A DNA stretch of 64,000 nt from the NCBI GenBank assembly GCA_965652295.1, contig CBFGTS010000005.1, positions 32,001 to 96,000 of the forward strand, written 5' to 3'. The notes below the pieces were generated by a model. That model was not told where the DNA came from, ran no database searches, and saw only the letters and a list, made by a program, of their open reading frames with translations. Shown piece by piece: positions 52,171 through 61,049 of the stretch. The stretch is from an uncultured Haloferula sp. (GTDB lineage Bacteria > Verrucomicrobiota > Verrucomicrobiia > Verrucomicrobiales > Akkermansiaceae). The translations under genes were made by a program, and so were the position numbers. How positions within the stretch are numbered: the stretch's first letter is position 1; every line of letters begins with the position of its first letter.

Positions 52171-52874
52171 AACCTGCTGCCGTGTTTCCGATCCGCCGAC
52201 TCTCCATGCTCCGCCTGCTTCTGACGCTCCTTTTCCTGAGTGGGACGAGCCACGCTCTCACGGTTCGTTTCCTCGCTTGGGATGATGCCGTCGCCACCCG
52301 CAAGGTTGTCGCCGCTTCCGTCGGCTCCGCCGGCCAGGAGATCCGGAACCTTCATCCGCTCAAACGGAGCGACCCCGTTTCCATGACTCCGGTGGAGGGT
52401 GCGTTGATCCTGCAGACGCCGGACAGGGCGAGCGAAGGCGACAAGCCCGCGGAAATGACGGTCAGCCTCCCATCATCGATCAAGCAACCCTTGGTCATCC
52501 TCATGCCGGATCCAAGGGCACCCACGGGCCTCCGGGGATTCGCGCTGAATGACAGCCCGGAAGGGTTTGCCTGGGGATCCTATCGGATGATCAATGCGAC
52601 TCCCAAGCCCCTCAATCTGGCCTTTGGCAAAAAGCGTCTGCGTCTGCCGACCGGCTGGAAAGTGGTGGACATCGACACCGACGGGGAAGGTTCCCAGTCG
52701 ATTTGGATGTCTACCGCCGACCAGCCGGACAAGCCCCTCTACACCAACGTCTGGGAGACCTCACCGCACATCCGCCGCCTGGTTTTCATCGTCCCCGGCA
52801 CGGATGCCCGCCTCGGGCCGCTGGGCCTCAAGATCATTCCCGAGGATCGGCGGACGGTGGCGGCGGAAGAGTGA
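52167..52874 (+). CDS. Exported hypothetical protein coupled to the cassette A-like gene
   Basis: ATGA overlap, signal peptide and beta-rich body. Confidence 0.72.
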   Translation: MKPAAVFPIRRLSMLRLLLTLLFLSGTSHALTVRFLAWDDAVATRKVVAASVGSAGQEIRNLHPLKRSDPVSMTPVEGALILQTPDRASEGDKPAEMTVSLPSSIKQPLVILMPDPRAPTGLRGFALNDSPEGFAWGSYRMINATPKPLNLAFGKKRLRLPTGWKVVDIDTDGEGSQSIWMSTADQPDKPLYTNVWETSPHIRRLVFIVPGTDARLGPLGLKIIPEDRRTVAAEE

Positions 52875-52973
52875 GCGGCGTCGGGTTTCCCGCAGGAAGA
52901 ATAGTCCTGAGTTGATCCTTCGCTGGAGGACATGCGGAGTGATAGCAATACCGGTCGCGTCCGTCAGAACGCC

Positions 52974-53060
52974 TAGAGCGGCGAAATGCGTTCGCCGGGA
53001 CCTACCTGAGAAGACCGGCTTCCCCAATCACTCTCGGCGGACGCGTTCCGCCGCTCCTCC
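52974..53060 (-). repeat. REP-doublet (REPIN-like) element, copy 2
   Basis: The reverse strand reads GGAGGAGCGGCGGAACGCGTCCGCC...GGCGAACGCATTTCGCCGCTCTA. Lies between convergent genes. Confidence 0.65.
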
Positions 53061-53082
53061 CCGGCCGCGAGAGGACGTGGCG

Positions 53083-54099
53083 TCAGCTGGAGTGCCGGCG
53101 CGTGATCTCGGTGATGGCCCAGGCGGCATGCTCGGCGACGAGGGGATCGGGCCCGGCGGCGGCTTCGCGCAGCACGGGGAGATCGTCGGGTGTGCCGGTG
53201 TTGCCGAGGACGACGCAGGCGTTGCGTTTCAGTCGCGGGAGCTTGATGCGCTTGATCGGGCTGCCCTTGAAAATGCGGCTGAAGTCCTCCTGTTCTAACA
53301 GAATAATGTCGCGAGCGCTCAGGTCGAAGATCGCCTCGCGGGCGTGAAAGGTGGTTTCTTGGGAGATTTGGGCGAAGCGGTTCCACGGGCAGACTTCGAG
53401 GCATTCGTCGCAGCCGTAGAGGCGGTCGCCGATGGCGCGGCGGAATTCCTCGGGGATCGCGCCCTTGTTCTCGATGGTGAGGTAGGAAATGCAGCGCCGG
53501 GCATCGACGCGGTGCGGTGCGGTGATGGCGTGGGTGGGGCAGGCGTCGAGGCAGCGGGTGCATTTCCCGCAGTGATCGCCGAAAGGTGCGTCGGGCTCGA
53601 GTTCGAGCGTGGTGAGCAGTTCGGCGAGGAAGAACCACGCGCCGAGCCGGCGGTGGATCTGGACGGTGGATTTCCCGTTCCAGCCGAGCCCCGCGTCGGT
53701 GGCGAAGTCGCGTTCGAGTACCGGGCCGGTGTCGACGTAATACCGCTGCTCGCCGCCGAGCCCGGTCATGGTTTCGTGGAGCGCCTTCAGTTTCGCTTCG
53801 ATGAGATCGTGGTAGTCGTCGTTCCACGCGTAGCGGGCGATCCGGTAGCCGGAGGGCGGGTTACTACCGGGGTAGTAGTTGAGCGCGAGGGTCACGACGG
53901 ACCGGCAGCCGGGAAGGACCTCGCGGGGGTCGGTGCGGCGGTGCGGGTTGCGCTCCAGCCATCCCATCCCTCCATGGCAGCCGTCGGCGATCCAGCGCTC
54001 GAAGGCGTCGGCGTGGGTCGCGCGGCCGGCGGCGGCGATCCGGCAGTCGTCGAAGCCGAGATCGGCGGCGGCTTGCTTGATGGTGCGGGCGAGGGACAC
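53083..54099 (-). CDS. queG: Epoxyqueuosine reductase
   Basis: YVDTGPVLERD, CGKCTRCLDACPT, RCISYLTIE and GCDECLEVCPWN motifs. Confidence 0.96.
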   Translation of the reverse strand: MSLARTIKQAAADLGFDDCRIAAAGRATHADAFERWIADGCHGGMGWLERNPHRRTDPREVLPGCRSVVTLALNYYPGSNPPSGYRIARYAWNDDYHDLIEAKLKALHETMTGLGGEQRYYVDTGPVLERDFATDAGLGWNGKSTVQIHRRLGAWFFLAELLTTLELEPDAPFGDHCGKCTRCLDACPTHAITAPHRVDARRCISYLTIENKGAIPEEFRRAIGDRLYGCDECLEVCPWNRFAQISQETTFHAREAIFDLSARDIILLEQEDFSRIFKGSPIKRIKLPRLKRNACVVLGNTGTPDDLPVLREAAAGPDPLVAEHAAWAITEITRRHSS

Positions 54100-54179
54100 G
54101 GGACGGAGCCATCAACGCCCGGGCGGGGCGCTTCGCCAAGGGATTTGACACTGCGGATTCAGCGCGATTGGGTCGCCCC

Positions 54180-55103
54180 ATGAGAACGGGCATGGCAATC
54201 ATCGGTGGAATGCTGGCTTTCGGGGCGGCGGGCGCGGAAACCATCGGCACCTACAACATCCGCTACGACAACCCCGAGGACCGCGCGCACGGCAGGGCGT
54301 GGACCCAGCGTGCGCCGGTGGTGGCGGGCGTGATCCGTTTCCACGGCTTCGATGTCGTGGCCACGCAGGAGGGCTTCCGCCACCAGATCGACGATCTGGC
54401 GAAGCTGCTGCCGGAACATGCGGTCTCGATGCACGGCCGCGACGATGGGGCGGAAAAAGGCGAACAGATCGCGATTTTTTTCCGTGAGTCCGCCTACCGC
54501 CTGGCGGACGAGGGACGCTTCTGGCTGTCGCCGACTCCGGAGGAGCCGAGCCGCGGCTGGGATGCGGACCTTTTCCGGATGTGTGGCTGGGTGAAGCTGG
54601 AGCCGACCGATGGACGCCCTGATTTCTTCGTGTTCAGCGTGCATTTCGATCACCGCGGCGAGCAGGCACGGCAGGAAAGCGCGAGGCTGGTGCTGCGGAA
54701 GATCGACGAGATCGCCGGCAGCTCACCGGCGTATCTGGTGGGCGATTTCAATGCCGACCAGGCGAGCGCCACGCACCGCATCCTCGAGGAATCCCCGCGT
54801 TTCACCGATGCCTTTGGCTTGGCGGACATCCGCTATGCGCCGAATGGCACGATCAACCGCTTCGACCCGCAGGCGGTGACGGAACACCGCATCGACCACG
54901 TGTTTGTGCCGGAGGGGGCGCGGGTGCGGCGCTTTGGCATCCTCACGGACACCTACCACACGCGGGTCGAGGAAACCTCGGAGACCGGCGGTCCGCCGAG
55001 CGTCCCGAAGGAGGTGCGCTTTGGCGGCGGATACGCGACGCAGCTCCCCTCGGATCACTTCCCGGTGCTGGTGGAGTTGGTGGCACCGACGGGGAATTCG
55101 TGA
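54180..55103 (+). CDS. Endonuclease/exonuclease/phosphatase family exported protein
   Basis: TYNIRYD, QEG, GDFNA, RIDHVF and SDHFPV motifs. Confidence 0.9.
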   Translation: MRTGMAIIGGMLAFGAAGAETIGTYNIRYDNPEDRAHGRAWTQRAPVVAGVIRFHGFDVVATQEGFRHQIDDLAKLLPEHAVSMHGRDDGAEKGEQIAIFFRESAYRLADEGRFWLSPTPEEPSRGWDADLFRMCGWVKLEPTDGRPDFFVFSVHFDHRGEQARQESARLVLRKIDEIAGSSPAYLVGDFNADQASATHRILEESPRFTDAFGLADIRYAPNGTINRFDPQAVTEHRIDHVFVPEGARVRRFGILTDTYHTRVEETSETGGPPSVPKEVRFGGGYATQLPSDHFPVLVELVAPTGNS

Positions 55104-55152
55104 TCAGGCCGGGGAGCTTGCAAAAGTATCTTCGGAGATCCACGGTGAACTC

Positions 55153-55347
55153 GTGAGCATTCAGGAAATTCGGGCCGAAATCGAGTCGCTTCCCGCGGAG
55201 GAAAGAAAGCGCCTCGCGGCCTTCCTCGTCTCGTTGCGGCACAAGGAACTTGCGGAATACCGGACCCGTCTAGGTCGCAAGATCGATGACAAGGTCACTG
55301 AGAATTGGGTGACCCTTGAAGAGCTCGATCAACGGCTCGAATCGTGA
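55153..55347 (+). CDS. Putative antitoxin (addiction-module component)
   Basis: 64 aa with IESLPAEER..LA..L and W.TLEEL..RL patterns, 3 bp upstream of a RelE/ParE-like gene. GTG start. Confidence 0.65.
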   Translation: MSIQEIRAEIESLPAEERKRLAAFLVSLRHKELAEYRTRLGRKIDDKVTENWVTLEELDQRLES

Positions 55348-55350
55348 GTC

Positions 55351-55605
55351 ATGAGGTATAAGCTCCTCGTTTCGATCGACGTGGTCGAATTCCTCGAACG
55401 GCTTCCGTTGAAAACCCGGAAGAGCATTCGCAATGCGATTGCCGCCATTGGCGACGATCCGCTCGGCATGGCTGATGCAGAGGAATTCGATGACGTCGGC
55501 CGACAGCTCCAGATCGCCATCGCGGGCGACTTTGCTTTCACCTATTGGATCGATGACGCCGATCGGCATGTGAAAATCCTCGATCTCCACGCCGCCGACC
55601 GCTGA
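55351..55605 (+). CDS. Putative RelE/ParE-fold toxin
   Basis: 84 aa with the pattern Y.L.....V.EFL..L....R..I...I..I..DP ... GDF...Y.IDD....V.IL. Confidence 0.65.
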   Translation: MRYKLLVSIDVVEFLERLPLKTRKSIRNAIAAIGDDPLGMADAEEFDDVGRQLQIAIAGDFAFTYWIDDADRHVKILDLHAADR

Positions 55606-55685
55606 CGGTCCAGCTGGCATGGTTTCAACTTCCTCCCGACGCAGCTGGCCCTCGCGCTTGCTCACCTCCGAAGGGCCGCGGCAGC

Positions 55686-56228
55686 TCAGTGAGCAAAGTG
55701 GTAGCGGGCGCTTTCGAGGATGCCGCAGGCGGTTTCCTCGGGGTCGAGTCCGGCGGTTTCGACCTCGAGGTCGGCGGCGGCGTGGTAGAGTGGCAGGCGT
55801 TGGTCGAGCAGCGCCTGGATGCGGGCCTGCGGATCGTCGGTTTCGAGCAGCGGGCGATCGCGGTTGCGGCTGGTGCGCTCGAGGATCACTTCGACCGGGG
55901 CTTGCAGCCAGACGACGTATCCGAGCTGCTTGAGCAGCGTGCGGCTGCGGCGGCGGGTGACGATGCCGCCGCCGGTGGAAATGATGCGCTGGGGACCGGG
56001 CGCGGCGAGTTCGTGAAGCACGGCGGCTTCAACGAGGCGGAAGTACGATTCGCCCCGCTCCGCGAAAATCCGCGAAATGGGCATGCCGGCCTTTCGCTCG
56101 ATGCGCTGGTCGAGATCGACGAACTCACAGCCGAGCATCCGTGCGAGGATGCGGCCGATGGTCGTCTTCCCACAGCCCATGAAGCCGATGAGGACGATGT
56201 TTTTCGGTGGGCCTGAGGCCGGGTTCAT
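55686..56228 (-). CDS. aroK: Shikimate kinase
   Basis: IVLIGFMGCGKTT, GE.YFR, STGGG and RPLL motifs. Confidence 0.95.
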   Translation of the reverse strand: MNPASGPPKNIVLIGFMGCGKTTIGRILARMLGCEFVDLDQRIERKAGMPISRIFAERGESYFRLVEAAVLHELAAPGPQRIISTGGGIVTRRRSRTLLKQLGYVVWLQAPVEVILERTSRNRDRPLLETDDPQARIQALLDQRLPLYHAAADLEVETAGLDPEETACGILESARYHFAH

Positions 56229-56352
56229 GGGGTGATCGTAGGGGAGCTGGCGACGGACGTCGAACATCGAACTTCGAGGTTGATCGGGCGGGAGCGGTCG
56301 TTCACACCGTGTCCATCCGCCGGCCCGGCGCAACCGTCCGGGTGGCCCTTGC

Positions 56353-56979
56353 TTGAGCACGAATCGTTCCGAGTTGTTGATGTCGTCGGTGGTCGAGGGT
56401 CTGGTGACCCGCGGCTGGGTGTGCCTGGATGGTTTTCTGGAGGAAACGGAGGCGCGCGAGCTGGCGGCGGAGAGCCTGGAAGCCTGGGAGTCCGGCGATT
56501 TCCGTCAGGCGGGTGTGGGCCGCGGAGCCGAGCGCGTGGTGCGGGAAGACATCCGGCGCGACCACGTGCTGTGGCTGGATCCGGAAACGGCGGGCCCGGC
56601 GGCGGCGAAATACCTCGCCCTGCTGGAAGAGCTGCGGATGGCGATCAACCGCGAGCTTTTCCTCGGGCTCTTCGAGTATGAGGGGCACTTCGCGGTCTAT
56701 CCGTCCGGTGCGTTTTACAAGGCGCATCTGGATCGCCACAAGGGCACCGCCGACCGCGTGGTGACGGCGATCCTTTATCTCAATGACGGCTGGCAGCCGG
56801 AGCACGGCGGGCGGTTGAAGATCTGGACCGAGCCCGGCAAGCAGGACGGCCCGTGCGAATACGTCGAGCCGCGGCTCGGCACGCTGGTCGTGTTTCTGGC
56901 CGGCGAGTATTGGCACGAGGTCGAGGTGGCGCGGGAAACGCGGATGAGCGTGACGGGCTGGTTCCGCGTGCGGAGCTGA
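56353..56979 (+). CDS. 2OG-Fe(II) oxygenase (prolyl-4-hydroxylase/PHD-like)
   Basis: DIRRD...W, YKAHLD, LYLN..W...GG.L, WHEV and R.SVTGW motifs. Start uncertain (56353 or 56380). Confidence 0.88.
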   Translation: MSTNRSELLMSSVVEGLVTRGWVCLDGFLEETEARELAAESLEAWESGDFRQAGVGRGAERVVREDIRRDHVLWLDPETAGPAAAKYLALLEELRMAINRELFLGLFEYEGHFAVYPSGAFYKAHLDRHKGTADRVVTAILYLNDGWQPEHGGRLKIWTEPGKQDGPCEYVEPRLGTLVVFLAGEYWHEVEVARETRMSVTGWFRVRS

Positions 56980-57023
56980 TGCGGGCTTGATGGACCGCGG
57001 CCGGCCGCGGATGCTGGGCGGCG

Positions 57024-57269
57024 ATGACGGCTGAATGCACGGCGGCGGCGGTGGTGGAAATGCTGCGGGACGAGGGGCTCGTGGACCTTCCGTCGGGGAC
57101 GGGCGCGGAGACGGACCTATTCGATGCCGGGCTGGACTCGATGGCGGTGATGCAGCTCATCGTGATCGTCGAGGAACGCTGGGGCGTGAGCCTGGGTGTA
57201 GCGGACGCGCACCGCGAGGCGCTCGGCACCCCGGCGAGGTTGGCGGAAACGATCAACGCCCGGCGATGA
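57024..57269 (+). CDS. Acyl/peptidyl carrier protein
   Basis: DLFDAGLDSMAVMQL phosphopantetheine attachment motif, 81 aa and acidic. Confidence 0.85.
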   Translation: MTAECTAAAVVEMLRDEGLVDLPSGTGAETDLFDAGLDSMAVMQLIVIVEERWGVSLGVADAHREALGTPARLAETINARR

Positions 57270-58429
57270 AAGCGGACGTGTTGGTCATCGGCGGCGGCAG
57301 TGCCGGGCTGGCCGCGGCCGTAGCCGCGGCGAGGACCGGGGCGCGCACGTTGCTGGTGGAGCGCCACGGCTTCTGCGGCGGCATGGGTACGGCGTCCCTC
57401 GTACATACTTTCTGCGGCTTGTACCTCCAGGACACGGACGAGCCGGAATTCGCGAACCCCGGTCTGGCGGAGGAAATCGGTCGGCGCATGGAAGCACGGA
57501 CCGGCCTGCCGGCGGTGAAAATGGGCCGCGTGTGGGTGTTGCCACAGCACCCGGTCGAGTTCGCCGCGCTGGCCGATGAGATGCTGCGCGAGGCGGGCGT
57601 GGAGGTGCTTTTCCACAGCGAACTGGTCCGCCTGGAGCCGGCTTGGAAGGCGCAGGTCGCCTGCCGTGGTTCGGTTTTCGAGATCGAGGCCGCGGCGGTG
57701 GTCGATGCCAGTGGCGATGCGGTTGCTGCGGCGGCGCTCGGTGCGGTCCATGAGTTGACGGAGCCGGCCCGCCTGCAACGTCCGGCCTACGTCTGTGGCA
57801 TCCAAGGTGTGAGGGGGCCGGTCGCCGGGCTGGAACTCGCCGGGCGGATCGTCGAGGGCATCCGTGCCGGCGATTTGGACAAGGACGCGCTGGGCATGCA
57901 TTTCCGCGCCAGCGGGCGGCCAGGTGAGGTCTTCGCCACGCTCGATCTGACAGGGGTGGAAGCGGGCGAGTACGATCCTACTTCACCGCATTGTCTGGCG
58001 ACGCTGGAGTCGACCGGCCGACGGGTGGCGCGGGCGGTGGTGGGCCACCTGCGCGCGAACGCTCCGGGCTGGGAAGGGGCTTATGTTTCCCACTGGCCGG
58101 CGCGGGCGGGCGTGAGGGAAAGCCGCCGCTGGGTCGGCGAGGAGGTGCTCACCGGTGCCGAGGTCATGGCTGGCCGTCGTCGCGACGACGAAGTGGCTCT
58201 GGCGAGCTGGCCGCTCGAGCTGCGGGAAACGAACCGCGGGCCGAAATTGCGTTACCCCGAGGTCGCGGCCGGCATCCCGCGTGGAGCTTTGATGGCCAAG
58301 GGTTTCGAGCGGCTTTTCGTCGCCGGTCGGTGCCTCTCCTGCGATCACGAAGCCCAGGCTTCGATCCGGGTCATGGGAACGTGCTTCGCCACCGGTGAAG
58401 CAGCCGGCAGGATGGCCGTGGAGCGGTAG
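57266..58429 (+). CDS. FAD-dependent oxidoreductase
   Basis: DVLVIGGGSAG, VDASGDA, GVRESRR..G, VAGRCLS and RVMGTCFATGEAAG motifs. ATGA overlap with the ACP gene. Confidence 0.9.
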   Translation: MKADVLVIGGGSAGLAAAVAAARTGARTLLVERHGFCGGMGTASLVHTFCGLYLQDTDEPEFANPGLAEEIGRRMEARTGLPAVKMGRVWVLPQHPVEFAALADEMLREAGVEVLFHSELVRLEPAWKAQVACRGSVFEIEAAAVVDASGDAVAAAALGAVHELTEPARLQRPAYVCGIQGVRGPVAGLELAGRIVEGIRAGDLDKDALGMHFRASGRPGEVFATLDLTGVEAGEYDPTSPHCLATLESTGRRVARAVVGHLRANAPGWEGAYVSHWPARAGVRESRRWVGEEVLTGAEVMAGRRRDDEVALASWPLELRETNRGPKLRYPEVAAGIPRGALMAKGFERLFVAGRCLSCDHEAQASIRVMGTCFATGEAAGRMAVER

Positions 58430-58471
58430 GCTCACTTCTGTGCCGAACCGCTCCACGTTTGCTTCCGGTGT

Positions 58472-59368
58472 TCATTGATCGCCGGCGGCGTCCTTCAAAT
58501 AGTCGCGCCATTGTCCGTGAGTTTTGATCTCGCCCGCACGCTCCCACCCGTATCCGGCGGCCCAGGACACCTGGCCCTTGTCGTCGGTCTTGGTGAGAAA
58601 TAGCGCGTGGCTCTCGTCGGGCTTGCCTGATTTGGTCTCCTTGTAGTCGAGAATGTCGGCGGGATCCATGACCACACCGGTGCCGAGGTCGGAGTCGTCG
58701 ATCTTTTCCCAGCAGCTCATCCAGCCTTCGCGGGCATTGCCGGCGGCCTTGGCCTTGCCGTCGTGGGTGGTGATGCCGACGGCCATCGGCAGGCCCGCCG
58801 CAAGCTCGCCGTCTTTCCAGGTGGTGGCGACCACGTGAAAGAGGCGCTCGCCCAGAGCGATGCGGATGCGCTTGGTCTGCTTGTAGGTGTGGCCGCCGTG
58901 ACTCCACTTGTAGTCGAGTTCGAAGACCGACTCCTGGGGTTCGCTTTTCAGCACTTTCCAGCTGACGTAGGTTTCGGTGTTCACCACCTGGTCATCGACC
59001 CACAAACCGATGCCGCCGCAGCCGAGCGACGAGCCGACGTGATACGGATCGTAGCCTTCTCCGTGGTCGGTGTGGTAGCTCTTGCCCTCTTTTTCACCCT
59101 TGTACCACTTGTCGATGATCGGGTAGTCCACGCGCTTGAGCCAGCAGTCGATGCCGCCATTTTCCGTGCCATCCCGCAGGGCCGGGCCGTAGGCGCGGAA
59201 GGCGACCTTGTCGTTTTCCCAGGCGAAGTCGTCCGAGCGCTCGGGCACGAAACGGGCGAAGGTGCGCGGCGCGGCATCGGACTGGGCGGCCGAAGGGCTG
59301 GTCAGGGATACCAGCGCGGAGAGGGCCAGGGCGACGGCGTGGAAGCGGGTTTGAGTTTTCATGAGCAT
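58472..59368 (-). CDS. DUF4861-like exported protein
   Basis: RFVPER.DDFAWEND.VAFR.YGP, G.D.WLKR and YH.DHGEG.D.YHVG.SLG.GG motifs, plus a signal peptide. Confidence 0.8.
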   Translation of the reverse strand: MLMKTQTRFHAVALALSALVSLTSPSAAQSDAAPRTFARFVPERSDDFAWENDKVAFRAYGPALRDGTENGGIDCWLKRVDYPIIDKWYKGEKEGKSYHTDHGEGYDPYHVGSSLGCGGIGLWVDDQVVNTETYVSWKVLKSEPQESVFELDYKWSHGGHTYKQTKRIRIALGERLFHVVATTWKDGELAAGLPMAVGITTHDGKAKAAGNAREGWMSCWEKIDDSDLGTGVVMDPADILDYKETKSGKPDESHALFLTKTDDKGQVSWAAGYGWERAGEIKTHGQWRDYLKDAAGDQ

Positions 59369-59631
59369 GGGTTTCGGAGTCTTCGGTTCAGGAAACGGCA
59401 GACCCTATTCGGGTGAATGTCCCGGATGAGGCAAGCCAAACCGGCCCACGACGTCAGCAGATCCGCTTCCGATGAGGAGACTGGGCGGGAGTGGGCGTCT
59501 CCGGATCTACAGACGCACACGGATGTTTGACCGACCTGGGAGAAGGTGAAAACCTGGTCCGACGAATGGGTTCGGTTTCCAGTAGCGACACGGGTCCCAT
59601 AGGTTTTGGCGCGCATTATTCGACAGTATCG

Positions 59632-60333
59632 ATGCAACAAGAAGCACTCATCCAAATGTTTGATCGGCAGGCGCAGTCCTACGACCAGCAGTGGAATGAC
59701 CTGGCCCCAATCAACAGCACTTTGCATTTGTTGACGGAAAGCGTCCTCTCCGGTCTACCGTCGACGGCGCACATTCTTTGCGTAGGGGCAGGAACGGGAG
59801 CCGAAATTCTACATCTAGCCCAAAGGTTCCCGACCTGGAAATTCACCGCGGTAGAGCCGTCAGTCCAGATGTTGAACGTTTTCCGAGACAAAGCAGAGAA
59901 GCATGGAATTCGATCACGATGCGTTTTCCACTCGGGATACCTTGACTCACTGCCGGTGCGCGAGGGATTTGACGCTGCCACCGCATTTCTGGTTTCTCAA
60001 TTCATTCTGGACAGGAAAGCCCGCGCGGCGTTTTTCCAGGGCATTGCCCGGCGGCTTCTTCCGGGAGGATTTCTCGTTAGTTCCGATTTGTCGTCAGATC
60101 TGGAGACGACGGGGGGCCAGAGCCTGTTGGAGCTCTGGTTTAAGGTGATGAGCAGAGGAGGGAGCTCGGACGACGGCATTCGCAGGATGCGAGATGCCTA
60201 CGTCAGGGACGTTGCGGTCCTGCCTTCCCGAGAGGTCGAGGAAATGATGGCGGACGGCGGATTCGAGCCGCCGACTCTCTTCTATCAAGCCGGGATGATT
60301 CGCGCTTGGTATGCGAAGCGATCGTCAAGCTAG
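59632..60333 (+). CDS. Class I SAM-dependent methyltransferase (CmoA-like)
   Basis: ILCVGAGTGAE motif I, AVEPS..ML and L.PGG motifs. Lower GC3 than its neighbours. Confidence 0.85.
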   Translation: MQQEALIQMFDRQAQSYDQQWNDLAPINSTLHLLTESVLSGLPSTAHILCVGAGTGAEILHLAQRFPTWKFTAVEPSVQMLNVFRDKAEKHGIRSRCVFHSGYLDSLPVREGFDAATAFLVSQFILDRKARAAFFQGIARRLLPGGFLVSSDLSSDLETTGGQSLLELWFKVMSRGGSSDDGIRRMRDAYVRDVAVLPSREVEEMMADGGFEPPTLFYQAGMIRAWYAKRSSS

Positions 60334-60459
60334 CCGGACCATGTCGCATGGTTCCGCCGCAAAAATAGGTTGGGAGCATGCCTCGCAGGTGCTCGCTGTC
60401 AGGCAGCCGGAGCGTGCACTTAGGACGGCCGGGTTCCCCGGTGACGACGACAGCCGTGG

Positions 60460-60900
60460 TCAAGACCCCGTGCGGCCTTCGTCGAGATCGAGGAACTCGA
60501 ACATCGTTTCCACGGTTCCGGGGGGCAGTCCGGCTTCGGCGAGGCGTTTGTGAAGGGTTTCGGTGCCGGCATCCCGCCAGCCGCGCTTGGTCATGAAGGC
60601 GTTCCAGATTTCCAACTCCTCGTCACTTGGCCGACGGCCGTGGGTGAAGGCCCAAGCGAGGATCTCCTCATCGGTTCCGCCTTTGAGGGTTTCCGCGGTC
60701 AGTTCGTCGTAATCGATCTGAAGGAAGCGGCAGCACCGCGAATCGAAGGTCGTCGGGTAGGCATTGCCCAGGCTGGCGATCCAATCGGCCGGCAGTTCAC
60801 CCGCGGCGTGCAGGCGGATCTTGTCGAGCATGCGCCCGAAATAGACGAGGCCACCGAGGGTTTCGTGAGGACTGCGTAAACCGGGGATGTTGGTGGGCAT
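60460..60900 (-). CDS. DUF5069-like protein
   Basis: LRSP.E.LGG.VYFGRM.DKIRL...G.LP and D.DEGR motifs. Confidence 0.75.
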   Translation of the reverse strand: MPTNIPGLRSPHETLGGLVYFGRMLDKIRLHAAGELPADWIASLGNAYPTTFDSRCCRFLQIDYDELTAETLKGGTDEEILAWAFTHGRRPSDEELEIWNAFMTKRGWRDAGTETLHKRLAEAGLPPGTVETMFEFLDLDEGRTGS

Positions 60901-61049
60901 GGCGGAGAGAGTTTGTGAAGGCGTGCGTTTGCGGCAAGGCGGATTTGCGGCCAGCAGGCGGGGTCCAGGTTTCCAGAGCCACCTGATTGGGGGATGGTCA
61001 GGGAGTGAAAATGCGGCACTGTAGATTTGACCCGCTCTCCAAACCCTTG

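Noticed and set aside
56258..56280. Short TCGAAC-type heptamer repeat remnant (ACGTCGAACATCGAACTTCGA)
   Set aside because: Only about three degenerate units, too short to support as a feature.
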